A stretch of 64,000 bases of DNA from Eledone cirrhosa (GCA_964016885.1 OZ024762.1:8122001-8186000), one strand, 5' to 3'. Positions 1-13,385 are shown, counted from the first letter of the stretch. Notes: generated by a model not told the origin, from the sequence alone. Numbers and translations are program-made.

Positions 1-492
1 ACCACAACCACCAACACCCTCACTACCACCCCACCACCACCAACATCACCAACACCCCCCATCACTACCAACACCATCAAAACCAACATCACCATCACCA
101 CCACCAACACCGTCACTCAGACCATCAACATCATCCCCTCCATCACCAACACCGTCACTGTTACTCCCACCCCACCACCAACATCACCATCACCGTCACC
201 ATCACCACCACCAACACCATCACGGCCACCACAAACACCACCAACATCACCATCACAAACACCACCAACATCACCATCACCATCACCACCACCAACATCA
301 CCATCACCACCACAAACACCACCAACATCACCATCACCATCACCACCACCAACACCATCACGGCCACCACAAACACCACCAACATCACCATCACCACCAC
401 AAACACCACTATCACCAACGACACCATATTCCCACCCCCACCATTACTTCTACCCCCCCTCACCACCACCACCACCACCACCATCACCATCA
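1..492. repeat. degenerate (ACC/ATC/AAC)n trinucleotide low-complexity repeat
   Basis: Continuous ACC-rich triplet tract; ORF 161..493 is poly-V/M. Confidence 0.95.
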
Positions 493-584
493 CTGTTCTG
501 CAGTAAGATATTCTAGATAACTGTAGGTCACTGAGTACATTTCATGGCAGCTCCTACTTAGTGTAAGACTACTGGTGAGTGAAG

Positions 585-1600
585 TAAGAGGAGAGAGAGG
601 TAAGAAATAGAGAGAGGGAGAGATAAGAAATAGAGAGAGGGAGAGATGAGAAATAGAGAAAGATATAGAGAGGTGGTAAGAGATATAGTGTGGAGGGAAG
701 GGAGTTGAGACATATATAGAGAGTGGAGAGGAGGAGAGAGAGAGTGGAAGTGAGAGATATAGTGGAGAGAGAGGAGAGAGGTATAGAGTGGAGAAAGAGG
801 AGAGAGGTATAGAGTGGAGAGAGAGGGGAGGTGAGAGATATAGAGTAGAGAAAGAGAGAGAGAGAGGGGAGGTGAGAGATATAGAGTGGAGAGAGAGGGG
901 AGGTGAGAGATATAGAGTGGAGAGAGAGGGGAGGTGAGAGATATAGAGTAGAGAAAGAGAGAGAGAGAGAGAGATAGAGTGGAGAGAGAGAGGAGGGGAG
1001 AGTTATAGAGTGGAGAGAGAGAGGAGGGGAGTGTTATAGAGTGGAGAGAGAGGGGAGGTCAGAGATATAGAGGGGAGAGAGTGAGAGTAGAGAAAGAGAG
1101 AGAAAAGAGGGGGGAGATATAGACTGGAGAAAGGGGGGAGGTGAGAGATAGAGTAGAGAGAGGGGGGAGGTGAGAGATAGAGTGGAGAGAGAGGGGGAGG
1201 TGAGAGATAGAGTGGAGAGAGAGGGGGTGAGAGATAGAGTGGAGAGAGAGGGGGTGAGAGATAGAGTGGAGAGAGAGGGGGAGGTGAGAGGAGAGAGAGG
1301 GGGAGGTGAGAGATAGAGTAGAGAGAGAGGGGAGGTGAGAGGAAAGAGATATAGAGTGGAGAGAGAGGGCGGGGGTGAGAGATAGAGTAGAGAGAGAGAG
1401 GGGAGGTGAGAGGAGAGAGAGAGAGGGGGTGAGAGATAGAGTAGAGAGAGAGGGGAGGTGAGAGGAGAGAGATATAGAGTGGAGAGAGAGGGGGAGTGGA
1501 GAGAGAGGGGGAGGTGAGAGATAGAGTAGAGAGAGAGGGGGAGGTGAGAGGAGAGAGATATAGAGAGAGGGCAGGGGTGAGAGATATAGAGAGTGCCTTG
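585..1600. repeat. (GA)n-rich polypurine degenerate minisatellite
   Basis: Repeated GGGGAGGTGAGAGATATAGAGTGGAGAGAGA-like units. Confidence 0.9.
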
Positions 1601-1659
1601 AGTGTGAAGGGGAGGTTGAAGAGAGGGAGGAATAAGCAAGGAGGTTGAATATATCCATA

Positions 1660-1696
<37 letters not shown>

Positions 1697-2005
1697 TGTG
1701 GTGGTGGTGGTAGTGGTGGTTGTGGTGGTGGTAGTAGTAGTAGTAATAGTCATAGTAGTAGTTGTAGTGGTGGTGGGAGTAGTAGTCGTAGTTGTTGTGG
1801 TGATGGTGATGGTGGTGGTGGTGATGGTGGTGGTGGTGATGGTGGTGGTGGTGGTGGTGGTGATGCTGATGGTAGTAGTGATGGTAATAATGGTGATGGT
1901 GATAGTAGTAGCAGTAGTAATAGCAGCAGCAGTAGTACTAATAGTAATAATAGTGATGATAATGGTAGTGGTATTGGTAGTGATAGTAGCAGCAATAGTA
2001 GGGGA
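1660..2005. repeat. (TAG)n/(TGG)n trinucleotide repeat
   Basis: Direct reading of the sequence. Confidence 0.95.
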
Positions 2006-2214
2006 TATTGTGGGTGCAGAATCTTCAGACATGCCTTCTTGAAGATCCTGTCAGAAGCAACCATCTCCAATTGATCCAGTTGGATCCCCAAGATGAACCA
2101 ACTGAGTTACTTGTGGGCTACCTCTGGGTTTCCTGCTGGTTGTCTACCCTTGGGTTTCCAGTTGGTTGGTTTTTACCAGTATCTTCACTTCAAGTCATAT
2201 TACCTTTATATTGT

Positions 2215-2725
2215 AAAGCACCCAGCCTACACTGTAAAGTGGTTGTGTAGGTGTCATGACAAAAAACACCCAGCACACACTGTAAAGTGGTTGTGTAGGA
2301 GTCACGACAAAAAGCACCCAGCACACACTGTAAATGTGGTTGGTGTTAGGAAGGGCATCCAGCCATAGAAACCTAGCCCAAAACAGTTCTATATGAGCAA
2401 GGCATGGTCACCCGACCCAACTTGTCTCTAATGGGACAACCCATCTAACCAATGCTAGCATGGAAAATGGATGTTAACCCTTTAATGTTCAAACCGGCCA
2501 AAACCGGCCAGAATTCTCTACCTCTTTCTGTTGAAACTGGCTGTAACTGGTTGCTCAAACTGATGTTAAGGTATTCTTCTCAAAATAAATACTTTCAAAA
2601 TCTCATAGATTCGATATTATGTGAGATAACTATGCGAAGTAAATCCTTTACCATGAAAATATAATAGTATATATAGAGTAATGTGAATGCTAAAGGGTTA
2701 AACGATATTGATGATGATGATGATG
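2215..2725 (+). mobile_element. SINE-like element with (GAT)n tail (family C), interrupted by a MITE
   Basis: Internal AAAAGCACCCAG..CACTGTAAAGTGG duplications, GGTGTTAGGAAGGGCATCCAGC core and ATGCTAGCATGGAA...GATGATGAT tail. Many further copies, e.g. 13390-13660, 21820-22100, 25760-26030, 27205-27420, 37665-38185, 54910-55080. Confidence 0.75.
2478..2697 (+). mobile_element. piggyBac-type MITE (~220 bp)
   Basis: TTAA|CCCTTTA...TAAAGGG|TTAA; inserted at the TTAA in the SINE tail (GGATGTTAA^ACGAT). Confidence 0.85.
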
Positions 2726-3169
2726 AATCTTGGGTAATGACTGAAAGAATATGATCGCAAATACAAAATGGGGTTCCACTGAATGGTCTTTGGAGTAACA
2801 TTACTTGAAAGGGTGCATAGCTCAGAGATCAGATCACAACTCCAATACTACAGATATGTGGTTAGAATGTCTTAGGAAAGAATCGCTGGACAAGATTTGA
2901 TGAGGAGGTCTGTCTTGTTTTAAATATCTACTTTATGGGGAGGGAATATTTATATAAATATATGAAGCAGGACATGTTTGTCAAACTTTAGAATATTATA
3001 ATTATTATTTAAGTCCATAACTCTCATAACTTAGTGCATTTGAAATGTCATGCAATAGGCATGCACTCAGAATTAGCGGGACAGCTCACAGAACAAATGA
3101 ATCTGTTCTGGAAGAGATTGGTGCAATTGACAGTTGGTTGAAACAGTAAGGAAAAGGAAACCAGTATTT

Positions 3170-3380
3170 TGGTCATGTCATCAGGGCCCAAAATTTGACT
3201 ACCCACATCCTTGAGGGACAAATACAGGGGAAAAGGGCTAGGGTATGGCAGAAAAGGAGATGGACAGGAAGGAGTTTGGCGAAATGTATGGCAATGGCAA
3301 GAGACAGGACAAGATGGAGCATGCTGGTCCCTAAGTCCATGACCCCCCCACCTTCAGATATGAGGGTCGGGATGAGAAGA
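3170..3380 (+). mobile_element. RTE-like LINE 3' fragment
   Basis: Translation GHVIRAQNLTTHILEGQIQGKRAR..KRRW resembles the RTE ORF C-terminus. Confidence 0.55.
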
Positions 3381-3849
3381 AGAATTATTATTAAACTCGT
3401 TTCTGTTATAGAGATCTGCATGTATGGATGCTGGAATCTCCACATAGTTCTATGTATAGGACTACATTTATGTACTTTTAATTTTCATAAGTTTTCTTCA
3501 TCATCATTATCATCATCATCATCATCATCTTCGTTTAACATCCATCTTCCACGCTAGCATGGGTTCTTGTGAACAGATACTGGTGGCGTTCAGTGTTATC
3601 TAGTTCAGAATCCTATACATTATTCAACCAGGGTCCTGCGTGATGGAGGCCTCAAATGTTATTCACCCAGGGTCCCCAGTCATGGGGAATCCAGGTGCTG
3701 GAAGCTTCAACTGTTATCTACCCAGGGACCTTTTGACGAGGGCCGTAACAGCTAGCCAGTACATGGTCGTCAGTTGCTGAAGGTGTAATAACCAATGTAG
3801 TGTGTTAAACATTCAACAAGAAATAACGTCTCATACAGATTTAGATGCA

Positions 3850-4210
3850 GCATTTTAGACAAGCTATTTCCAGTCTCTGGCCTTTCGCACCCAGTTTTAG
3901 ATGTAACAGCTTGGTAAAGTTATGTCCAGTCTCTGGCCTTTCGCACCCAGTTTTAGATGTAACAGCTTGGTAAAGTTATGTCCAGTATCTGACCTTTCAC
4001 ACCCAGTTTTAGGTGTAACAGCTTGGTAAAGTTATGTCCAGTATCTGGCCTTTTACTCCTTTTTAGGTGTAACAGCTTGAGAAAGTAATGTCCAGTATCT
4101 AACCTTTCACATCCAGTTTTAGGTGTAACAGCTTGGTGAAGTAATGTCCAGTATCTGGCCTTTTACTCCCAGTTTTAGGTGTAACAGCTTGAGGAAGTAA
4201 TATCCACTGA
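3850..4210. repeat. 56-bp minisatellite, ~6 copies
   Basis: Unit GTCCAGTCTCTGGCCTTTCGCACCCAGTTTTAGATGTAACAGCTTGGTAAAGTTAT, period 56 (3924 to 3980). Confidence 0.9.
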
Positions 4211-4639
4211 CTAGCCATTGAAATTATGTTGTTTTTTTTTTTTCTATTGTTTATTCTTTTACTAGATTTTATTAAACTGCGGCCATACGGGAGCACTACC
4301 ATGAAGGGATTTAGTTGAAGATATCAACCCCAGGGTATATCTTTTCAAGGCTAATACTCAATTTATCAATCTCCCTGATAAATGAAAAGCTTGTGGTAGA
4401 CAAACAATATATACATATACATACACACACATATATACAGTATATATATATATAATATACATAGACACAAACACACCTCATACAAACAGTAATTGAGACG
4501 GTGTATAGTGGGAGAGGGTGTATAATGTGAGAGGGTGTATAATGAAAGTGGTTGTATAGAGAGAGAAAAGAGACAAGGGAGAGAATCCATGACACATCAG
4601 ATCAGTCAGAATTCAGCTTAGAATGGATCAAATCTTTTG

Positions 4640-5880
4640 ATAGCTGCTTCCTCTCTTCCTACACATCTCTCTCTCTCTGTCTCTCTATGTCTCTCCCTGC
4701 CTCACCCCCTTTTTTCTTCATCTCTCTATATCTCTCTCTTTCTTTGTTTGTCTCTTTATCTCTCTCTCTCTCTTTCTATCTCCATGTCTCTCTCTGTCTT
4801 TTTTTTTTTTTGCATTCCTCTCTTTCTACCACTCTGTCTGTCTTTGTACCTCTCACCCTTCCTCTCTCTGTAACTCTGACCATGTCTACTAATGGACGAT
4901 AGATAGATAGATAGATAGAAAGTGAGAGAGAGAATGAGAAAGAGAGAGAAAGGGAGACAGAGACAGACGGATGGAGAAAGAGAAAGAAGGGGAGGGAGAG
5001 AGAGAGAGGGAGAGGGGAGAGAGAAAAAAGGAAAGGGAGAGAGAGACAGAGAAAGTGAAAGAATTCCAGTAAGGACCAAGATAAATCTTCTGATATGATT
5101 TAATGTCATTGATGGAACCACCAATAACAGACCATCACCACCACCACCACCACCACTACCACCACCATCACCGGCACCACCGCCACTATCTCCACCACCA
5201 CCACCACCACCACCACCACCAATATCAACGCCACCCACACCACCACTACCGTCGCCACCACCACCAATATCAACGCCACCCACACCACCATCACCACCAC
5301 TAACACCACCACTATCAACACCATCACCACCACTACCACCACCAACACCACCACCACCACCGCTACCGTCGCCACCACCAATATCAACGCCACCCACACC
5401 ACCATCACCACCACTATCAACACCATCACTATCACTACCACCACCCACACCGCCACCACCCACATCACCAACACCAACACCACCACCGCTACGGTCGCCA
5501 CCACCACCACCACAAAGAAACACTATCCCTTTGAAATGTGAAATTAACAATGGGTTTATCTCATTCTGTTTTGTTGTGGAAGTGGTAGCAGGCATTGTGG
5601 TTATAATTGGAGGAGAGAGGGGGTGAGGGATGGAGAGAGGAAGAGGAGGGGACACAGAGAGATGGGGGAAGAGGAGGGGATGGAGAGAGATGGGGGGGGG
5701 GGGGGGGCAGAGAGAGATGGCGGGAAGAGGAGAGAGATGGGGGGAAGGGGGGATGAGGATGAGAGGGAAGGGGAGGTACGGAGAGAGATGAGGAAGAGAG
5801 GGAAGGGGAGGGACGGAGAGAGATGAGGAAGAGAGGGAAGGGGAGGGACGGAGAGGGATGAGAGGGAAGGGGGGCGGACA
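4640..5880. repeat. compound low-complexity block: (CT)n, (GATA)n/(GA)n, (ACC)n, G/A-rich
   Basis: Direct reading of the sequence. Confidence 0.9.
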
Positions 5881-5915
5881 TTGGATATGGACAGTTACTA
5901 TGACCCAATACAGCG

Positions 5916-6260
<345 letters not shown>

Positions 6261-6335
6261 TATTTGTTAGTTTCAGAAGATCCCATTAAGGGTGAAAGCA
6301 GCGATTCTTTGCTTAAACTTTAATCTGTAATTTTA

Positions 6336-6369
<34 letters not shown>

Positions 6370-6375
<6 letters not shown>

Positions 6376-6558
6376 GTTTCTATTTTAGGCACAAGGCCAG
6401 CAATTCACCAGTACATTACTGGTACTTTATTTTATCGACCCCGTAAGGATGAAAGGCAAAGTTAACCTCGGCCGGATTTGAACTCAGATTGTAAAGGGAC
6501 GTAACTATGGTGGAAAGCATATCCGACCCTCTACCGATACTGCCAATTCACCACCCTA
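6370..6558 (-). mobile_element. tRNA-derived SINE family A
   Basis: Pol III B-box GAGTTCAAATCC, central TTTGCCTTTCATCCTTACGGGGTCGATAAAATAAAGTACC, 3' GGCCTTGTGCC..AGAAACAATTA tail; roughly 20 copies in the window. Confidence 0.85.
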
Positions 6559-6789
6559 TATATATATATATATATATATAATGTGTATGTCTCATATATA
6601 TGTGAGTGTATATATATATATACCACACCCTCTCTGATATATATATATCAGAGAGGGTGTGGTAAGATTCCAGGTGGACCATAACCCACCAGAGTACTCG
6701 ATACTTGGGGAAGTAGAGTGGGTATAATCTTTTCACATATATATATAATGTATATATATATATGTGTGTATGTATGTATGTATGTATTA

Positions 6790-6991
6790 TGTTAAGAGAG
6801 TGGGACTGGCTTTGTGTAGTGTCTTTGCTCACTATAAAAGCTTCACGGCACAGGCATTGCTTTATATCTGGAGATCTCTCTGCACTTGTCGTCACATGAA
6901 TAAAGGTCACACTCGTTCAGCGCATCAGTAGGGGTTCTCCTACATGGATATAAAGTAGTGGCCGTACTCGAAAACGAGTTGGCAGCCACCA
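6790..6991 (+). mobile_element. solo-LTR-like insert (202 bp)
   Basis: TG...CA ends, internal TATAAAAG (~6833) and AATAAA (~6899), direct repeat TGTATTA at 6783-6789 and 6992-6998 inside an (ATGT)n tract. Confidence 0.5.
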
Positions 6992-7319
6992 TGTATTATG
7001 TATGTATGTATGTAAGTATGCATGTATGTATTAGCAGTAGTACTAACATAACATGGTTCACAATAGAGGTGTATATGGAGGCATATACAATATGTTTATG
7101 TAAAAAAAATTAATATTTTATATTCTGATCATGTCAGCCTATTTCAGTAGCCGGTGAGAATGCCAGACACATGTTTCTGGATTTTTATCCGCCATCAGCG
7201 AGATTTACTCCCTCGGTAACAAGACAAGCTAGAGATGGAAAATATACAATCGCACTACACCTCTTGTGTACCCATATATAACAATGTGTACACTGTATAT
7301 TCTTTTTCTATATATCAAG

Positions 7320-7625
7320 GGAATAGCGCGGGGAATTGAGAGGCATTAGAATGGTATTTGTTCCGGATCCCTATTCACTGAGTTCAAATCCTGCTGGGGT
7401 CAATAAAAAAAAGTACCAGTCCAGTACTGGGCTCGATTCTTCCTCTACATCTCTTTCTCACTTCCTCTCACTTTCTATCTGTCTCTGGAAAAAAATCAGC
7501 TGTACTCAGGCCTGGAGAGGGACGAGGCTCTGCCAAGCTTAAAATGACCAAGAAACGCTGAATGCCAATATGGCACACCTACAACTCTATCAGGATATTG
7601 GGACCATACCATACCATACCACATA
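7320..7625 (+). mobile_element. SINE variant with (CCATA)n tail
   Basis: B-box GAGTTCAAATCC and CCATACCATACCATAC end; related copies at 19075-19390 (-), 13790-14070 (-) and 63480-63575 (+). Confidence 0.55.
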
Positions 7626-8029
7626 TCAAGCATGGCTACTTCTCAGTTAAACACCTACATGTACTGAACTCATTACTTCCTCTCACTCTACTGATAACAC
7701 ACAGTACCAGATTTAGGACAAATGAGGCCCTGTGCTAGTTAAGTTATGAGGCCCCTTACTCATAGAAAATTCATCATTAAAACATTTGAGGGCAGAAAGA
7801 TGGGCCCCCTTGGCCAACGGGGCCCTGTGTTTAAGCATACCTAAGCACAATGGTAAGTCCAGCAATACTTACACAGGAGTAGGCAGACACATGAGCCCTG
7901 TTATTCTGTCCATAGTTCACACAGGGGTGAGCTGTAGGTGGAGCCTTGTTCCTCTGTACATGGTTTACACAGGGGTGGGGTGACACCTGAGCCCTGTTCT
8001 TCTGTACCTGACTTACACAGCAGTGGGCT

Positions 8030-10710
8030 GATGGTTGATCCCTCTTCCTCTATACATGGCTGATGACTGAGCCCTCTTCCTCTATACATGGCTGATGACT
8101 GAGCCCTCTTCCTCTATATATGGTTGATGACTGAGCCCTCTTCCTCTGTACATGGCTGATGACTGAGCCCTCTTGCTCTATACATGGCTGATGACTGAGC
8201 CCTCTTCCTCTATACATGGCTGATGGCTGAGCCCTCTTCCTCTATATATGGTTGATGACTGAACCCTCTTCCTCTATATATGGTTGATGACTGAGCCCTC
8301 TTCCTCTGTACATGGCTGATGACTGAGCCCTCTTCCTCTGTACATGGCTGATGACAGAGCCCTCTTCCTCTATACATGGCTGATGACTGAGCCCTCTTCC
8401 TCTGTACATGGCTGATGACAGAGCCCTCTTCCTCTATACATGGCTGATGACTGAGCCCTCTTCCTCTATACATGGCTGATGACTGAGCCCTCTTGCTCTA
8501 TACATGGCTGATGACTGAGCCCTCTTCCTCTATACATGGCTGATGGCTGAGCCCTCTTCCTCTATATATGGTTGATGACTGAGCCCTCTTCCTCTATATA
8601 TGGTTGATGACTGAGCCCTCTTCCTCTGTACAAGGCTGATGACTGAGCCCTCTTCCTCTGTACATGGCTGATGACTGAGCCCTCTTCTTCTATACAAGGC
8701 TGATGACTGAGCCCTCTTCCTCTGTACATGGCTGATGACTGAGCCCTCTTCCTCTATACATGGCTGATAGCTGATCCCTCTTCCTCTGTACATGGCTGAT
8801 GACTGAGCCCTCTTCCTCTATACATGGCTGATGACTGAGTCCTCTTCCTCTATACATGGCTGATGACTGAGCCCTCTTGCTCTGTACATGGCTGATGACT
8901 GAGTCCTCTTCCTCTATACATGGCTGATGACTGAGTCCTCTTCCTCTATACATGGCTGATGACTGAGCCCTCTTCCTCTATACATGGCTGATGACTGAGC
9001 CCTCTTCCTCTATACATGGCTGATGACTGAGTCCTCTTCCTCTATACATGGCTGATGACTGAGCCCTCTTGCTCTGTACATGGCTGATGACTGAGTCCTC
9101 TTCCTCTATACATGGCTGATGACTGAGCCCTCTTGCTCTGTACATGGCTGATGACTGAGCCCTCTTCCTCTATACATGGCTGATGACTGAGTCCTCTTCC
9201 TCTATACATGGCTGATGACTGAGTCCTCTTCCTCTATACATGGCTGATGACTGAGCCCTCTTCCTCTATACATGGCTGATGACTGAGTCCTCTTCCTCTA
9301 TACATGGCTGATGACTGAGCCCTCTTCCTCTATACATGGCTGATGACTGAGTCCTCTTCCTCTATACATGGCTGATGACTGAGTCCTCTTCCTCTATACA
9401 TGGCTGATGACTGAGCCCTCTTCCTCTATACATGGCTGATGACTGAGTCCTCTTCCTCTATACATGGCTGATGACTGAGTCCTCTTCCTCTATACATGGC
9501 TGATGACTGAGTCCTCTTCCTCTATACATGGCTGATGACTGAGCCCTCTTCCTCTATACATGGCTGATGACTGAGTCCTCTTGCTCTGTACATGGCTGAT
9601 GACTGAGCCCTCTTCCTCTATACATGGCTGATGACTGAGTCCTCTTCCTCTATACATGGCTGATGACTGAGTCCTCTTGCTCTGTACATGGCTGATGACT
9701 GAGCCCTCTTCCTCTATACATGGCTGATGACTGAGTCCTCTTCCTCTATACATGGCTGATGACTGAGCCCTCTTGCTCTGTACATGGCTGATGACTGAGC
9801 CCTCTTCCTCTATACATGGCTGATGACTGAGTCCTCTTCCTCTATACATGGCTGATGACTGAGTCCTCTTCCTCTATACATGGCTGATGACTGAGCCCTC
9901 TTCCTCTATACATGGCTGATGACTGAGTCCTCTTGCTCTGTACATGGCTGATGACTGAGCCCTCTTCCTCTATACATGGCTGATGACTGAGTCCTCTTCC
10001 TCTATACATGGCTGATGACTGAGTCCTCTTGCTCTGTACATGGCTGATGACTGAGCCCTCTTCCTCTATACATGGCTGATGACTGAGTCCTCTTCCTCTA
10101 TACATGGCTGATGACTGAGTCCTCTTCCTCTATACATGGCTGATGACTGAGCCCTCTTCCTCTATACATGGCTGATGACTGAGTCCTCTTGCTCTGTACA
10201 TGGCTGATGACTGAGCCCTCTTCCTCTATACATGGCTGATGACTGAGTCCTCTTCCTCTATACATGGCTGATGACTGAGCCCTCTTGCTCTGTACATGGC
10301 TGATGACTGAGCCCTCTTCCTCTATACATGGCTGATGACTGAGTCCTCTTCCTCTATACATGGCTGATGACTGAGCCCTCTTCCTCTATACATGGCTGAT
10401 GACTGAGCCCTCTTCCTCTATACATGGCTGATGACTGAGCCCTTTTCTCTGTACATGGCTGATGACTGAGCCCTCTTGCTCTGTACATGGCTGATGACTG
10501 AGCCCTCTTCCTCTATACATGGCTGATGACTGAGTCCTCTTCCTCTATACATGGCTGATGACTGAGCCCTCTTCCTCTATACATGGCTGATGACTGAGCC
10601 CTCTTCCTCTATACATGGCTGATGACTGAGCCCTTTTCTCTGTACATGGCTGATGACTGAGCCCTCTTGCTCTGTACATGGCTGATGACTGAGCCCTCTT
10701 CCTCTGTACA
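8030..10710. repeat. 32-bp minisatellite, ~84 copies
   Basis: Unit CATGGCTGATGACTGAGCCCTCTTCCTCTATA with few variant positions. Confidence 0.97.
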
Positions 10711-10904
10711 CGGCTTACACAGGGGTGGTCTGAGGACCGAGCCCCACTCATCTGTACATGCTTACACAGGAGTCGGCTGACACCTGAGCCCTGTACATGG
10801 CTTAAACATGTAAAGCCCACAACTTTTTTTTACTGTTTTTTTGGGTCTACCTTACATTTGGACTTTTACTCCTCCTGGGTGTATGTGTGAGGGGTACCTC
10901 GTTC

Positions 10905-11810
10905 TCCTCCCCCCTCATCCTGGGGAGTGGGGTACATACTGCAATACCATTTCCTCCACCCCCTCTTCTTGGAGGTGAATATGGGTGGGGGAGGGTGATA
11001 CACACAGCAATATCTCCACATCCCCCTCCCTCATCTTGGGGGTGGGGGGTGGGGATACACACAGCAATATCTCCACCCCCACCCTCATCTTGGGGTGGGG
11101 GTGGGGATACACACAGCAATATCTCCACCCCCACCCTCATCTTGGGGTGGGGGTGGGGATACACACAGCAATATCTCCACCCCCACCCCCATCTTGGGGG
11201 TGGGGGTGGGGATACACGCAGCAATATCTCCACCCCACCCCCTCCCTCATCTTGGGGTGGGGGTGGGGATACACACAGCAATATCTCCACCCCCACCCCC
11301 TCCCTCATCTTGGTTGTGGGGATGGAGACACATACAGCAATATATTTTCCTCCACTTCATGGGGTGGCGGAATGGGGGTACATACTGCAATATCCCCTCC
11401 TCCACCACCTCATGGGGTGGGGATGGGGGTACATATAGCAATATCCCCTCCTCCTCCACCACCTCATGGGGTGGGGATGGGGGTACATATAGCAATATCC
11501 CCTCCTCCTCCACCACCTTATGGGGTGGGGATGGGGGTACATATAGCAATATCCCCTCCTCCTCCTCCACCTCATGGGGTGGGGATGGGGGTACATATAG
11601 CAATATCCCCTCCTCCTCCACCACCTCATGGGGTGGGGATGGGGGTACATATAGCAATATCCCCTCCTCCTACTCCACCTCATGGGGTGGGGATGGGGAT
11701 ACATATAGAAATATCCCCTCCTCCTCCATCTCATGGGGTGGGGATGGGGGTACATATAGCAATATCCCCTCCTCCTCCTCATGGGGTGGGGATGGGGGTA
11801 CATACCTCCT
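10905..11810. repeat. GC-rich ~52-57 bp minisatellite with G-run/C-run internal symmetry
   Basis: Units CTTGGGGTGGGGGTGGGGATACACACAGCAATATCTCCACCCCCACCCTCAT, then CATGGGGTGGGGATGGGGGTACATATAGCAATATCCCCTCCTCCTCCACCACCT. Confidence 0.92.
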
Positions 11811-11879
11811 CCTTCTCCCCCTCCATTTCACTATTACACTCAGCCCTGTTTAATAGCCTACTGACTCACATGTATTAAA

Positions 11880-12565
11880 CTACACACACACAGATACATA
11901 GACACACACACACACACACACAGATACATAGGCACATACACATACATAGAGATACACATACAAACACACACACACACACACACGCACACACACACAAACA
12001 AACATAGATACTCACACAGGCAAACAAACACACACATGCAAACACAAACACACACACACATATGGGCATACACGAAAACACACACACACATAATGATAGA
12101 CACACAGATATACACACATACATTGTGATATACATATACACACACACACACAGATACATACATAGTGATACACGCACATACATGGTGATATACACACATA
12201 CAGTGATACACACACATACATAGTGATATACACACACATACATAGTGATATACACACATACAGACACATACATAGTGATACACACACATACATAGTGATA
12301 TACACACAAACGGACACATACATAGTGATACACACACATACATGGCGATACACACACATACATAGTGATATACACACATATAGACACATACATAGTGATA
12401 CACACACATACAAACGTACATACACATACATAGCCACAGACACAAAGATTATAAGGTGATTATAAAATTGTGTAGAAGTCTATTTCAACATTATACATTT
12501 GATTACCTCCCTTGAATGATGCTGTTTGCCTGTGTGTGTATATAGGACTGGCTTTGGGTTTGACT

Positions 12566-12606
<41 letters not shown>

Positions 12607-13385
12607 GGACTGGCTTTGGGTTTGACTCTGTATCTGTGTGTGTATATATATAGGACTGGCTTTGGGTTTGACTCTGTATGTGTGTGTGTGTGTATATATA
12701 GGACTGGCTTTGGGTTTGACTCTGTATCTGTGTGTGTGTATATGTAGGACTGACTTTGGGTTTGACTCTGTATGTGTGTGTGTGTGTGTAGGACTGTATC
12801 AGTGTGTCTGACTGTGTGTATGTGTGTATATATAGGACTGGCTTTGGGTTTGACTCTGTATGTGTGTGTGTGGGACTGTCTCATTGTGTCTGACTATGTG
12901 TGTGTGTCGGGGGATGTAGGACTGTCTTTGGGTTTGACTGTGTGTGTGTGTGTATACAGGATTGTCTTTGTGTTTGACTTTGTGTGTGTGTGTGTATGTG
13001 TAGGACTCTCTTTGTGTGTATGACTGTAAGTGTGTGTGTGAATGTGTGTTTGTGTAACTCTGCGTGTGTGAACGTATATGTGTGTGTACGTATGTGTATG
13101 TATGTATGTGTAACTGTGTGCATGTATATAAATGTGTAACTATGTCACTGTGTGTGTATGTATAACTTTGTGTGTAGCTGTGTGTGTCTGACCAACTCAA
13201 CATAAAACACTGTCCATCTGATTACCTCCCTTGACTGACATAGTTTACCACTGGCTGAGTGTGTGTGTGTCTGTATAATATGTATGTGTGTGTGTGTGTG
13301 TATGCATGTGAATCTGTCATATGTGTGCATGTGGATGTATGTGTGTATGTATATGCTTATGCATGTATATATATGTACGTATGTT
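11880..13385. repeat. (CA)n/(TG)n-based compound repeats, including CATAGTGATA(CA)n and TAGGACTGGCTTTGGGTTTGACT(GT)n units
   Basis: Direct reading of the sequence. Confidence 0.88.

Noticed and set aside
1034-5655. Mucin-like, Gly-rich and His-rich ORFs (also 10847-11878, 34190-36144, 42434-43686)
   Set aside because: They are translations of microsatellites and minisatellites, with no splice or domain support.
6270-6312. CAGAAGA-tccc-attaa-gggt-GAAAG motif, and CCGATGG...GAAACGCGT at ~28494-28532
   Set aside because: They are hammerhead-like in outline, but the core and stems I/III are too degenerate to call.
7148-7215. Possible exon (TTTCAG|...|GTAACA)
   Set aside because: Several frames and both strands are equally plausible, the donor is weak and no peptide is recognisable.
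8030-10710. CTGATGA in every 32-bp unit, suggesting a tandem hammerhead/retrozyme satellite or a CRISPR-like array
   Set aside because: There is no GAAA or stem II in the unit, no unique spacers, and the context is eukaryotic with no cas genes.
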